Virus record (IMG/VR): IMGVR_UViG_3300009163_000019
DNA length: 64,000 nucleotides
DNA from: a virus
Strand: one strand, 5' to 3'
The notes under the pieces are model-generated. The model made no database searches, had not been told where the DNA came from, and worked only from the letters and a program-made list of their open reading frames with translations. A program made the translations under genes and the position numbers. Below, piece by piece: positions 30,808 through 39,968 of this stretch (within the stretch, counting starts at the first letter, position 1; each line of letters starts with the position of its first letter).

Positions 30808-31065
30808 ATGAAATCACAACTAAACGAAGTAAATAAGCTACAAAAGACAGCGGGTATTAAAATTAATGAATTGTTTGGCAAAGCATCTAAAGCACCAGAT
30901 GATCAAATAAATTACCTTTCTTCGGTTTTTAATTTCATGCCTGATGATGTAGTCTATGCAGCAGAAGACTTAGAAAAAGAATTAAAAAAAGTAGGCGTAA
31001 AATTTAGTGGTGAATTAATAAATGCCATAAAAGACTTAGTCGTAGCTGCTAGAAATTCAAAATAA
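30808..31065 (+). CDS. Small protein with N-terminal LNE..KLQK.AGI..NE segment
   Basis: 85 aa; has its own ATATTTAT motif and flanking terminators. Confidence 0.5.
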   Translation: MKSQLNEVNKLQKTAGIKINELFGKASKAPDDQINYLSSVFNFMPDDVVYAAEDLEKELKKVGVKFSGELINAIKDLVVAARNSK

Positions 31066-31076
31066 AAAAATAAGTG

Positions 31077-31102
31077 AAGCCCTCAATTACGAGGGCTTTT
31101 TT
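31077..31102 (+). terminator. Rho-independent terminator
   Basis: AAGCCCTC-AATTAC-GAGGGCTT followed by a T run. Confidence 0.85.
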
Positions 31103-31169
31103 ATTATACTTAATAGATAAAGTTTCTAAGTAATTAGAAATTGTTTATATTTGAATAAATAAACAGGTT

Positions 31170-32102
31170 ATGAAAGCAGCAATTGTAGGAATGCTAAATA
31201 ATGTGAGTAACAGTCAAAATCACCATGGCGGAGGTTATTCGCGGATCATGGTAAGTATACTAAAAGAATCTATTCCAGAAGTAGAATTTACACTTAATCC
31301 AGAACCTAGTACTTGGAATGAGTATGACTGCCTTTGCATTTTAGAAGGAGTCAACTATCAAGAAAATACTTTTAATTTTATTGGAGGTCCTCAACCTGAA
31401 CATACTGAAAAGCTAAAAGCTATTCTTGATTATAAAGGTACTATTAAATTTATTAATAAATCATTAGACTTTTCTCAATTCAATAAAAGATTTGCTCTTG
31501 AAGGAGAATTTCCTACCGGTAAAACTATTGACTTTGCTACTAAGTATGGTGAAAAAACTAAAAAAATAGTTGTAGGAGATTCACATTCACTTAGTGTTTG
31601 GAAGCCTGGTTTTGGTATTAATAGAACAGATGGAAAAACTTTATTTGGTTTCTTAAAAAATGCAGATTCTTTAGTTGAAGAGTGGAATCAAAAGTATGAT
31701 GAAGTAATTTTATACTTTGGTAATATTGATCTTCGTTTTCATTTAATGAGACAAGAAAATCCAAGAGCGGCGGTAGGAGACCTATTTAGAAGGTATATAG
31801 AGTTTGCTAAAAAATTAAATAACGCAACTCTAGTTAATTTGTTACCTGTTGAGCATGAAAGTCGTAAATTACCTGGTACAGGTTTATATCTTAAACAACC
31901 ATTCTTTGGAACAAGACAAGAACGAATGAATTTAAGAGACGCTGCAAATAGAATCATAAATAATTCAGGACTTAATACAATTCAATGGCCTGATGAATGG
32001 ATTGATGAAGATGGTACAAAAATGTTTGAGTACATGGAACCTAAACAATCTGTACATTTAAAGCCTAAATATTATAAGTACTTTAACCAATATAATGACT
32101 AA
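31170..32102 (+). CDS. Protein with SGNH-hydrolase-like C-terminal domain, first gene of the DNA-modification cluster
   Basis: VVGDSHS (block I), FGNID (block III-like), C-terminal SVHL (catalytic His-like). Confidence 0.5.
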   Translation: MKAAIVGMLNNVSNSQNHHGGGYSRIMVSILKESIPEVEFTLNPEPSTWNEYDCLCILEGVNYQENTFNFIGGPQPEHTEKLKAILDYKGTIKFINKSLDFSQFNKRFALEGEFPTGKTIDFATKYGEKTKKIVVGDSHSLSVWKPGFGINRTDGKTLFGFLKNADSLVEEWNQKYDEVILYFGNIDLRFHLMRQENPRAAVGDLFRRYIEFAKKLNNATLVNLLPVEHESRKLPGTGLYLKQPFFGTRQERMNLRDAANRIINNSGLNTIQWPDEWIDEDGTKMFEYMEPKQSVHLKPKYYKYFNQYND

Positions 32103-33145
32103 TGCAAAAATTTATAATTAACGAAAAACTTCTAGATGCATTAGATGAATATGATAAGCGAAGTCTACTAATGCAACAGCATGGTAGTTTAAAACTTCCG
32201 TATCAAGGAGATCTATATAAAGATATAAATGATGATCTAATTTATCACGTACCTATTTATGATACTGCGCATCGTAGATTTGCTGCATTCTGTGCATTTA
32301 CTGAAGCTATATGGTATAAAGAAAAAGATATAAGGGGAATGGGTAATCACTTTACCAATCATGATATTAAAGATGATTTTAATTGGTTCATGTTATTTTA
32401 TTTATTTAGGTTGTGTGGTTCAGGAATTAATTATGTACCTAGATATAAAACAGATCATATCAAGGACATATTAGGAACGCATGGTTTCGGTAATTTTTGG
32501 ATCGTAAATTCTATATTGAAAGAGCATTACACATGGCCAGAATGGAAGCAAGACCTTTATAATAGGATAACTCCATTTACAGATAATAAAGGTTATCTAC
32601 TTCCACAATTTACATTTGAAGGTGAAACTAGAGGACACTTAAGAAGATTTATTCTTGATCATGCAGAAGGTTTAGTTAGACACATATATGAAGCTGTTAC
32701 TACAAAAAGACTCGACATATATCAAGTAACTGATTTAGGTAATGAATATCTAAACAATATTGGATTTAAAAGACAGAATTTTGTTGTAACTGCATTTGCA
32801 GCCGATTTAGCAGAGTATTTTCCACAGTACGTTAATCCTAAAGGTTGGGTATATGCTGGAACAAATGCAGTTCGTTGTATTAAAGCAATATTTCCTAAAG
32901 TAAGTCCTAAAATAAAAGAGTTCGAATATATTAATGAAGTACTACAATTCTTATCAAATAGATATAACTTAAATCCTATTGATTGTGAAGATAGTAGAGC
33001 TTGTGACGTAGTAAGATATTTTCAAGAATATCAGTCCGAAGATCATATTATTAAAAACAATGGTAGAAGAATGTATAATAATTCAATTCTCAAACAAACG
33101 TGGGGTCATGATAAATACTATGACTTCGCAACTAAATTAAAATAA
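32102..33145 (+). CDS. Amino acid:DNA transferase-like protein (aGPT-Pplase, HhH-glycosylase fold)
   Basis: C-terminal G....F....AADL...YAGTNA..CI..IF...D.ED..C...RY parallels the aGPT-Pplase pattern (G.G.F....DL...GPGA..GL...D.E..LCE..KY); cluster context. Confidence 0.6.
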   Translation: MQKFIINEKLLDALDEYDKRSLLMQQHGSLKLPYQGDLYKDINDDLIYHVPIYDTAHRRFAAFCAFTEAIWYKEKDIRGMGNHFTNHDIKDDFNWFMLFYLFRLCGSGINYVPRYKTDHIKDILGTHGFGNFWIVNSILKEHYTWPEWKQDLYNRITPFTDNKGYLLPQFTFEGETRGHLRRFILDHAEGLVRHIYEAVTTKRLDIYQVTDLGNEYLNNIGFKRQNFVVTAFAADLAEYFPQYVNPKGWVYAGTNAVRCIKAIFPKVSPKIKEFEYINEVLQFLSNRYNLNPIDCEDSRACDVVRYFQEYQSEDHIIKNNGRRMYNNSILKQTWGHDKYYDFATKLK

Positions 33146-33154
33146 AACAAAAAA

Positions 33155-33838
33155 ATGAAAAAAATCACAATCATAGTAGTAGGTCTACTAGTAACATTAT
33201 TCAGTTGTAAAACAAAAAATGAAGACATTAAATTTGATAAAGCTGTAAAAATTCACCAAGGATCTTTTGCATTCTGTGGAGCATCAGCAGCAATTCCTAC
33301 TGGAAAAAAGATTATTGTTCAAGGAGTAGAATATGATGAAGGATGCGCTGTATGTCCTGTATTAACAGGTCCATCTATTTCTAATTTAGTAATGGAAGGT
33401 GTAAGCGGAACTTATGGAAAGTTTAATGTAAATAAAAACTTTCAAACTCCTGATGGAAGTGATACTACAGTATGGTCTTTATTTTGGTATTATGATTCAA
33501 CAACTACTGTACCACAATTTAATCCAGCAACTAAAGAGTGGGAATTTTTACCTCCTATAAATCGTTCGTTTATTGTAAATTTAGATTCTCCAAGTACGAG
33601 TGAAAGTAATATGTTTGCAATGCCAGGAGTTATCTTTGATACAACATCTACTGGTATTATATTAGCAAGAGTATATGGACCACTTAATGAAGCAGCAGTT
33701 CCATTACGTAAAGCAGTTCCTATTACATCTGGAATGAAATCTATTACTGCAGCTAAAGAAGGATTTCCATATCCAGTAGGAACCCCAGTGCCTATTATTG
33801 AATTAAGCAAAGAACTTCAAAAAGAAGAAAAAAAATAA
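33155..33838 (+). CDS. Lipoprotein of unknown function
   Basis: Signal peptide with lipobox LFSC followed by KTKNED. Confidence 0.65.
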   Translation: MKKITIIVVGLLVTLFSCKTKNEDIKFDKAVKIHQGSFAFCGASAAIPTGKKIIVQGVEYDEGCAVCPVLTGPSISNLVMEGVSGTYGKFNVNKNFQTPDGSDTTVWSLFWYYDSTTTVPQFNPATKEWEFLPPINRSFIVNLDSPSTSESNMFAMPGVIFDTTSTGIILARVYGPLNEAAVPLRKAVPITSGMKSITAAKEGFPYPVGTPVPIIELSKELQKEEKK

Positions 33839-33841
33839 CTA

Positions 33842-34729
33842 ATGTTTTTAAACAAAGCTACAGATCAATCAAATTTAGATATGTCAGATGGTAGAGATTT
33901 AAACTATTATCTTGAAATGACAAAAGACTATAAACATGATTTTCAGTTTGAATTAAAACAAGCAGAAGGTTATACTATAGTAGATGATGGAACATTTCAA
34001 TACGGAAGTAAAGCTAAAATGGCCGACTTCATGATTAGTCAAGTAAAAGAAGATACTTTAATTTATGTAGCGCCAAGAACAGGTTATGCTCCTTATTCAC
34101 TTACTTATCTTGCAAAAAAATATAATAAGAAGTTGATCCTGTTTATGCCAGCATCTAAAGAAGCATCAGAACACCAACTAAGAGTTATTGAAGATGGTGT
34201 GACTCCTATATTTTTAAAAACTCCTGCTATGCCAACTATTAATGGTTGGGCAAAAGATTTTGCAAAAAAAATTGGAGCGAAGTATTTACCATTTGGACTT
34301 AAACATGAACAAGTTGTAGCAGGGGGAGTAAGAATATTTCATGATGCATTTAAAGATAAAATAATTCCAAATATGTGGACTGTATTTTCTACAGGAGTTT
34401 TATCTAGAACATTACAAATCGCTCTACCTAATACAAATTTTAATGCTGTAGCAGTCGCAAGAAATGTGCAACCAGGTGAATTAGGTAGAGCTAAATTTTA
34501 TACACACCACAAAGACTTTCTAAAAAATGCTGAAACAGAAACTCCATTTGATTGTATAAAAACTTATGATGCAAAAGGTTGGGAATACATGAAAAAATAT
34601 GGACACTTAAAAGATTGGTTTTGGAATGTAGCTAGAAATATGCCAAAGCCAACAATTAAGCCAAGTGATATTGATTCTCAACGAGAGTGGGGCGATAAGT
34701 CTGATATTATTAAGTACTTAGGAGAATAG
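33842..34729 (+). CDS. Fold-type II PLP-dependent enzyme
   Basis: IVDDG...GSKAK (Schiff-base Lys), G.APYSL...AKKY..KL.LFMP, STGV phosphate loop. Confidence 0.75.
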   Translation: MFLNKATDQSNLDMSDGRDLNYYLEMTKDYKHDFQFELKQAEGYTIVDDGTFQYGSKAKMADFMISQVKEDTLIYVAPRTGYAPYSLTYLAKKYNKKLILFMPASKEASEHQLRVIEDGVTPIFLKTPAMPTINGWAKDFAKKIGAKYLPFGLKHEQVVAGGVRIFHDAFKDKIIPNMWTVFSTGVLSRTLQIALPNTNFNAVAVARNVQPGELGRAKFYTHHKDFLKNAETETPFDCIKTYDAKGWEYMKKYGHLKDWFWNVARNMPKPTIKPSDIDSQREWGDKSDIIKYLGE

Positions 34730-34765
34730 TTTTATTAGATTAATAAATTTAATTATATTTACTTT

Positions 34766-35071
34766 ATGAATATATTAGAACAAGCAAATGAGATCATTTA
34801 TAAAAGAAATGAAGAAAAAGCTAGACAGTATGGACCAATGCAAGAAGGCATGCAAGAAGCGGCTAAGATAGCCTCTCTATTGTCTCACAAAGAAATTACT
34901 GCTGTAGATATGTACAATTGTATGATAGCCTTAAAACTATCTAGACAAGCATATAATCATAAAGAAGACAATTTGCTAGATGCAGTTGCATACATGGCAT
35001 CATTAAACGATTATCAAAATAATTTACAAAATGAAAATTCTAAAGACGAGAGACGTAAAGACACCAAGTAG
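34766..35071 (+). CDS. DUF6378-like (nucleotide-modification-associated, all-alpha pyrophosphatase-like) protein
   Basis: ILEQA..I...R....YG......A.I.S......MIALK.SR......DN..D...Y. Confidence 0.7.
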   Translation: MNILEQANEIIYKRNEEKARQYGPMQEGMQEAAKIASLLSHKEITAVDMYNCMIALKLSRQAYNHKEDNLLDAVAYMASLNDYQNNLQNENSKDERRKDTK

Positions 35072-35459
35072 AGGAACATCTGAAAGTGCTGGTATAGATT
35101 TTTATGTGCCTAATGATTTTGAAGATGTAGTATTACAACCAGGAGAATCAGTATTAATTCCATCAGGAATTAAAGCTCAAGTTCCAAGAGGAAATGCATT
35201 AATTGCATTTAATAAATCTGGAGTTGCTACTAAACAAGGTCTTATGGTTGGAGCTTGTGTAGTTGATGAAGACTATGAAGGAATTATACATCTTCATATG
35301 ACAAATACATCAAATAAAGAACAGCTTATAAAATCAGGACAGAAACTAGTACAATTTATTTTACTACCTGTAAACTATTCTGAAGTACAAGAAGTACATG
35401 AATTACAATCTAGAAATACAGAAAGAGGATCCGGAGGATTTGGATCAACAGGACTTTAA
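35031..35459 (+). CDS. dut: Trimeric dUTPase
   Basis: SAGIDF, KSG, VVDEDYEG, Q, RGSGGFGSTG motifs. Confidence 0.92.
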   Translation: MKILKTRDVKTPSRGTSESAGIDFYVPNDFEDVVLQPGESVLIPSGIKAQVPRGNALIAFNKSGVATKQGLMVGACVVDEDYEGIIHLHMTNTSNKEQLIKSGQKLVQFILLPVNYSEVQEVHELQSRNTERGSGGFGSTGL

Positions 35460-35473
35460 AATTATAAATCATC

Positions 35474-35686
35474 ATGCTTGAATTCAAACATCCAATACCA
35501 GTAATAGTAGAAGGAGGAAAAGAGGGGTATGCTATTTATGTTGTTAATGGTGGAACATTTGAAAATGATATATGGTGTATTGTATTATGTGAAGGTGGTA
35601 CAGTTAGACATTATAGAAGTGATCAAATTAAAATGCATCATAATTCAACTTTAGATTTATCAAAAGATGAAAAAAATAATAAATAA
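35474..35686 (+). CDS. Hypothetical protein
   Basis: 70 aa ORF in operon. Confidence 0.45.
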   Translation: MLEFKHPIPVIVEGGKEGYAIYVVNGGTFENDIWCIVLCEGGTVRHYRSDQIKMHHNSTLDLSKDEKNNK

Positions 35687-35897
35687 ATTTGGTCTAGAAT
35701 TAGAAATTGGAGACAAATTATTAATAATAACAGATAGGATAGACGATAAAATGTTAGCAAATGTTAGCCTAAATGAAATAATAACAATAACTGGATTCTC
35801 TGATAATGAAAAAATAATGTATCATCATAATTCTTTAGCATTACCTGTAGATTGTAATATTTACAAAAAATTAGAGGGTGATAAAAATAATGAATAA
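35667..35897 (+). CDS. Hypothetical protein
   Basis: 76 aa ORF in operon. Confidence 0.4.
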   Translation: MKKIINKFGLELEIGDKLLIITDRIDDKMLANVSLNEIITITGFSDNEKIMYHHNSLALPVDCNIYKKLEGDKNNE

Positions 35898-36291
35898 ATT
35901 AGATAAAGTATTTATTAATATAGCAAAGGAAACATCTACTCTGTCACACTGCGTTCGATCTAAGGTCGGCGCAGTTTTAGTTAAAAGTGGAAATATAATT
36001 TCTTTTGGCTATAATGGAACTCCTGCAGGAATGAATAATGAGTGTGAAGAAAATGATGTTACTCTATCTCATGTTATACATGCTGAAGTAAATGCTATTC
36101 TTAAAGCGGCAAAAACAGGAAACTCTGTAGATGGATCTACTTTGTATCTAACTCTTTCACCATGTTTAGACTGCTCTAAACTTATTTTGCAATCAGGAAT
36201 TAAAAAAGTTGTATATTTAACTAACTATCGTAATCTTGAAGGCGTAGATTTTCTTAAACAATTTATAGAAGTAGAACAATATGGAGAATAA
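35878..36291 (+). CDS. dCMP deaminase
   Basis: S.C.R.KVGAV, GYNG, HAE.NA, PCLDC (true start may be Met5 at 35890). Confidence 0.92.
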   Translation: MIKIMNKLDKVFINIAKETSTLSHCVRSKVGAVLVKSGNIISFGYNGTPAGMNNECEENDVTLSHVIHAEVNAILKAAKTGNSVDGSTLYLTLSPCLDCSKLILQSGIKKVVYLTNYRNLEGVDFLKQFIEVEQYGE

Positions 36292-36925
36292 AATATATAA
36301 AACACCGACTATAGCATTTGAATATCTTTATCATTATATATTAGGTAAAGGTGAAGACTTTGCTGGTACTAAAGCTATATTCAATTCAGTATTTAGTATA
36401 CAAGATCCAACACAAAAAGTAATTGAAACTCCTAAACGTAAGTTTAATAAAGACTATGCTGACTATGAATGGGATTGGTATGTAAAAGGTGATAGAGACG
36501 CAAGTGAAATAGCAGAGAGAGCAAAGATCTGGAAACAAATGATGGTTCCATTTACTACAGAAGTAAATTCCAATTACGGATACTTTTGGAATTATAATGA
36601 TCAGCTTAAAAGAGTTATTGATGAACTAAAAAGAAATAAAGAAACACGTCGTGCAATTGTTGTACATTACATATTACATGAATTAGATAGATATCAATAC
36701 GATACTCCATGTAATGATGTACTTAATTTTTATATTAAAGATAATAAATTACAATTAACAGTATTTGCAAGATCTATAGACTTAGTTTACGGATTTTGTA
36801 ATGATCAATATACCTTTGCAAAGCTAATGGAATTAGTATCAGAAAAAACTGGTTATCCCGTTGGTGAAATGCACTGGATGATAACTAATCTTCATATATA
36901 TCCAAGACATTACGATTTATTATGA
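36281..36925 (+). CDS. Thymidylate-synthase-family enzyme with cytosine-type specificity residue (dCMP hydroxymethylase-like)
   Basis: TRRA, catalytic TPC, RSIDLVYGFCND (Asp at R+11, as in T4 gp42 RSND...GFRND; Asn in ThyA), NLHIY. Confidence 0.75.
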   Translation: MENKIYKTPTIAFEYLYHYILGKGEDFAGTKAIFNSVFSIQDPTQKVIETPKRKFNKDYADYEWDWYVKGDRDASEIAERAKIWKQMMVPFTTEVNSNYGYFWNYNDQLKRVIDELKRNKETRRAIVVHYILHELDRYQYDTPCNDVLNFYIKDNKLQLTVFARSIDLVYGFCNDQYTFAKLMELVSEKTGYPVGEMHWMITNLHIYPRHYDLL

Positions 36926-37389
36926 TTATACCAACAAGATTATCAAGAGAAACTTTAGAGGCTAAACTATCTACTTTACCTAATAAAACATATAATAAAT
37001 TTATGTGGTGGAGAAGATATCAATCTAGGCAAACTATGCCTGATAAATCTACATTCTATGATAAGATTGTAAATGGCGATTTTGAAACCTCTGACTATTA
37101 TTATCAAGCAGAATATGAAAATTATCTTTTAGAAGATACTATAAAAGATATGAAGCACTACGAAGATAAAGTTACTCATATAGGTTTATTTAGAGCCAGA
37201 CATAAAAGACTTATGGAAGATTACCAAAAAGAAGAGGCTGAAATTTTACGTAAATTAAAATTAGAATTTAAAAAAGTATTCAAAATATCTAAAGAGGATT
37301 TAGAAAAGATTATGGAAACTTTTGATGGAACAACTTTAGATCTATATATTTATGTTAAAGACTTAGTAAAAAATAATATACCCTCCTAA
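36922..37389 (+). CDS. Hypothetical protein
   Basis: 155 aa ORF coupled to the TS homologue. Confidence 0.5.
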   Translation: MIIPTRLSRETLEAKLSTLPNKTYNKFMWWRRYQSRQTMPDKSTFYDKIVNGDFETSDYYYQAEYENYLLEDTIKDMKHYEDKVTHIGLFRARHKRLMEDYQKEEAEILRKLKLEFKKVFKISKEDLEKIMETFDGTTLDLYIYVKDLVKNNIPS

Positions 37390-37408
37390 TTTAAAATAAA
37401 TAAAGTTT

Positions 37409-37981
37409 ATGAATGTACAATTTCAAGATTCTTTTTTTAAATCACTGAAGCGTTTATCTTGGCACGAAAGTAAGCCGTATAAATTTTATAAGCTTTTTTC
37501 TAATGATATTCCATTATTTTTAAAAAATATTTGGGCTTTTCGCCGTGAACTTTGGTCACATAGATGGTGGGATTATCATTTTACTTTAGAAGTATTTCAG
37601 AGATCATTAAAAATTCAAGAACAAGGAATTAGAACTAAGGGCATGGAAATAGATTCCAGTAGACAAAAAAAAGAATATAAAATTAGAAAAGCAATTCAAC
37701 TTCTACAAAATAAATTAGATTCTAATTATATAGATAGAACAGAAGAAAAGTATGGTAAATTAAGTGATAAAGAGTGGAAATTTGAAAAAACAGAAAATGA
37801 CAATTATATTTTAGTAGACGAAGATTCAGAGGAAGAAAAGGCTCATAATAGAATGATCTTTGATAAAGCACATAGATTAGAAGAAAAAGAATGGAAAGAA
37901 TTATGGGAAATCATAGAAGGAAAAAAATATAAAGAATATAAGGATTGGGATGGATCTGATCTTAGAACCTGGTGGGATTAA
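37409..37981 (+). CDS. Hypothetical phage protein
   Basis: 190 aa, Trp-rich, ends in WWD. Confidence 0.5.
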   Translation: MNVQFQDSFFKSLKRLSWHESKPYKFYKLFSNDIPLFLKNIWAFRRELWSHRWWDYHFTLEVFQRSLKIQEQGIRTKGMEIDSSRQKKEYKIRKAIQLLQNKLDSNYIDRTEEKYGKLSDKEWKFEKTENDNYILVDEDSEEEKAHNRMIFDKAHRLEEKEWKELWEIIEGKKYKEYKDWDGSDLRTWWD

Positions 37982-38187
37982 TAATTAAAAAATTTAATAA
38001 TATGATAGGCGTTATCGTTTTAATTTTAGCAATTTCAGGATCCTTAGCTTGGTTATGGGCTGGAGGTATAGAATACATGCGTAAAAATCATCCAGATTAT
38101 AAAGGAAAAGATTTTTTAGATTTTGATCAAGATGAGATAAATAAAAAAGCAGGTAGAGACTCTTGGGATGATCATTTGGAAGATTAA
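37972..38187 (+). CDS. Small membrane protein
   Basis: One TM helix followed by HPDYKG.DF. Confidence 0.5.
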   Translation: MGLIIKKFNNMIGVIVLILAISGSLAWLWAGGIEYMRKNHPDYKGKDFLDFDQDEINKKAGRDSWDDHLED

Positions 38188-38199
38188 ATAAAAAAAGTT

Positions 38200-38397
38200 A
38201 TGAGTTGGTCAAGTTATGAACAAAGAAGAGACTTCTTATTAAAAACAATGAAAAAACAAACTGATCATTGGTTAAAGGAAGATCAATACGAAGAATGGCA
38301 GAAAAAAAATAAACCAAAAAAAACGTATACTTTTATTCCAAAAAGAACAATACGAACCCAGGATATTTATAATAAAAAATGTTTAGATTATTATTAA
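38200..38397 (+). CDS. Hypothetical protein
   Basis: 65 aa ORF. Confidence 0.4.
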   Translation: MSWSSYEQRRDFLLKTMKKQTDHWLKEDQYEEWQKKNKPKKTYTFIPKRTIRTQDIYNKKCLDYY

Positions 38398-39023
38398 TAA
38401 TATCAATAGTTCCTTTTCTTAATGTACCATTAAAGGCACAAGATACAGTGAGATTGGTCCATAAAGAGTACATTACAGTATTTTCAAAATCTTTAAAATA
38501 TCCGGTATTAGTTGAATGGTGGGAAACAAAAGCTAAAGTAACTTGTGTAAATCCAATTCCTAGAAAAGACCAATTTGCGCCTGATCCTCTTTTAGCAAAA
38601 GAAACAGATCTAATGGCTGATTATAAAGGATCAGGAACTGATCGCGGCCATATGGCCCCAGCAGCTGATAATCAATGTTCTGGAGATCAAGCTATGAAAG
38701 AGTCTTTTTATTTTTCAAATATGACTCCACAATATCATAGTCTTAATGCTGGAGATTGGAAAACATTAGAAACACTAACTAGAGATTTAGGAGCAAAAGA
38801 AGATTCAGTTAAAGTGTGGGCGGGATCTATTGGGTCTTCAAAAAAAATAGGATCAATACATGTTCCTACAAAATGTTGGAAAATTTTATATATAAAGAAA
38901 ACAAAGGAATGGATGGCATATATATTCAATAATGATACATCTAAACCTGATGGAATAAATAATAATAAAGTAACAGTAGAAGAAGTAGAAAAATTAACTG
39001 GTTTTAAATTTAAAATAAATTAA
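38379..39023 (+). CDS. Secreted DNA/RNA non-specific endonuclease (NucA/EndA family)
   Basis: Signal peptide; DRGHMAPA, SF.FSNM.PQ...LN.G.W..LE. Confidence 0.9.
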   Translation: MFRLLLIISIVPFLNVPLKAQDTVRLVHKEYITVFSKSLKYPVLVEWWETKAKVTCVNPIPRKDQFAPDPLLAKETDLMADYKGSGTDRGHMAPAADNQCSGDQAMKESFYFSNMTPQYHSLNAGDWKTLETLTRDLGAKEDSVKVWAGSIGSSKKIGSIHVPTKCWKILYIKKTKEWMAYIFNNDTSKPDGINNNKVTVEEVEKLTGFKFKIN

Positions 39024-39024
39024 T

Positions 39025-39282
39025 ATGAATGTTATGTATTTTAGCGCTGATTGGTGCGCTCCGTGTAAAGTATTTAAACCAATTGTTCAGCAGGTATCTC
39101 AAGAATTAGGAATCGGAGTACAATATATTAATGTAGATTACGATGCTTCTTATGGTGAAAAATATTCTATAACATCAATACCTACAATTATAGTATTAGA
39201 TAATTTTGGAACCGTTGTATATAGAAATTCCGGAGTTGTGTCAAAAGATCAATTAATTAAGGAATTAACTAAATTTAAGTAG
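39025..39282 (+). CDS. Thioredoxin
   Basis: WCAPC, SIPT. Confidence 0.9.
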   Translation: MNVMYFSADWCAPCKVFKPIVQQVSQELGIGVQYINVDYDASYGEKYSITSIPTIIVLDNFGTVVYRNSGVVSKDQLIKELTKFK

Positions 39283-39321
39283 ACTTCGTAGATATTTATT
39301 TCTGAATCAATAGAAGTAAAT

Positions 39322-39921
39322 ATGGACATTAGTAAACTTAAAGGGCATATTCCTGAGACAGTTATAGCTCAAATACCTGATACTGCGGCAAAATTTGAAC
39401 TTAATACACCATTAAGATTAGCTCATTTTCTTGCTCAATGTGGTCATGAGTCTGGTGGATTCAAATTAGTTAAAGAAAACTTAAACTATGGAGCAAAAGG
39501 TCTCCGTGGTATATTTGGAAAATACTTCCCAACAGATGCAAAAGCTTTACAATATGAAAGAAAGCCTGAAAAAATTGCAAATTTGGTTTATGGAAATAGG
39601 ATGGGCAATGGACCAGAATCATCAGGAGATGGTTTTAAATATTGTGGCCGGGGCTTTATTCAATTAACAGGTAAAGATAATTATACATCTTTCGGTAAGG
39701 CTATCAATGAAGATATTGTAGCTAATCCTCAATTAGTTGCAGACAAATATCCTTTATTATCTGCTGCATGGTTTTTTCATAAAAATGGTTTACATAAAAT
39801 TGCAGATAAAGGTGCTACTGATCAAGTAGTTACAGAAGTAACCAAAAGAGTTAACGGAGGTACAATAGGACTCCCAGATCGCATAAAACACTTTAAAGAA
39901 TATTACGAATTGCTAAAGTAA
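39322..39921 (+). CDS. Endolysin, glycoside hydrolase family 19
   Basis: AHFLAQ..HES.G, ENLNY, GRG.IQLTG..NY, SA.WF, T...NGG..GL.DR. Confidence 0.92.
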   Translation: MDISKLKGHIPETVIAQIPDTAAKFELNTPLRLAHFLAQCGHESGGFKLVKENLNYGAKGLRGIFGKYFPTDAKALQYERKPEKIANLVYGNRMGNGPESSGDGFKYCGRGFIQLTGKDNYTSFGKAINEDIVANPQLVADKYPLLSAAWFFHKNGLHKIADKGATDQVVTEVTKRVNGGTIGLPDRIKHFKEYYELLK

Positions 39922-39968
39922 TAGGTTTCATAAAGGTTGTATATTTTTTAAAATTAAAAATAGACCTT

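Noticed and set aside
36281-36925. Plain thyA annotation
   Set aside because: The specificity position holds Asp rather than Asn, so the symbol was withheld
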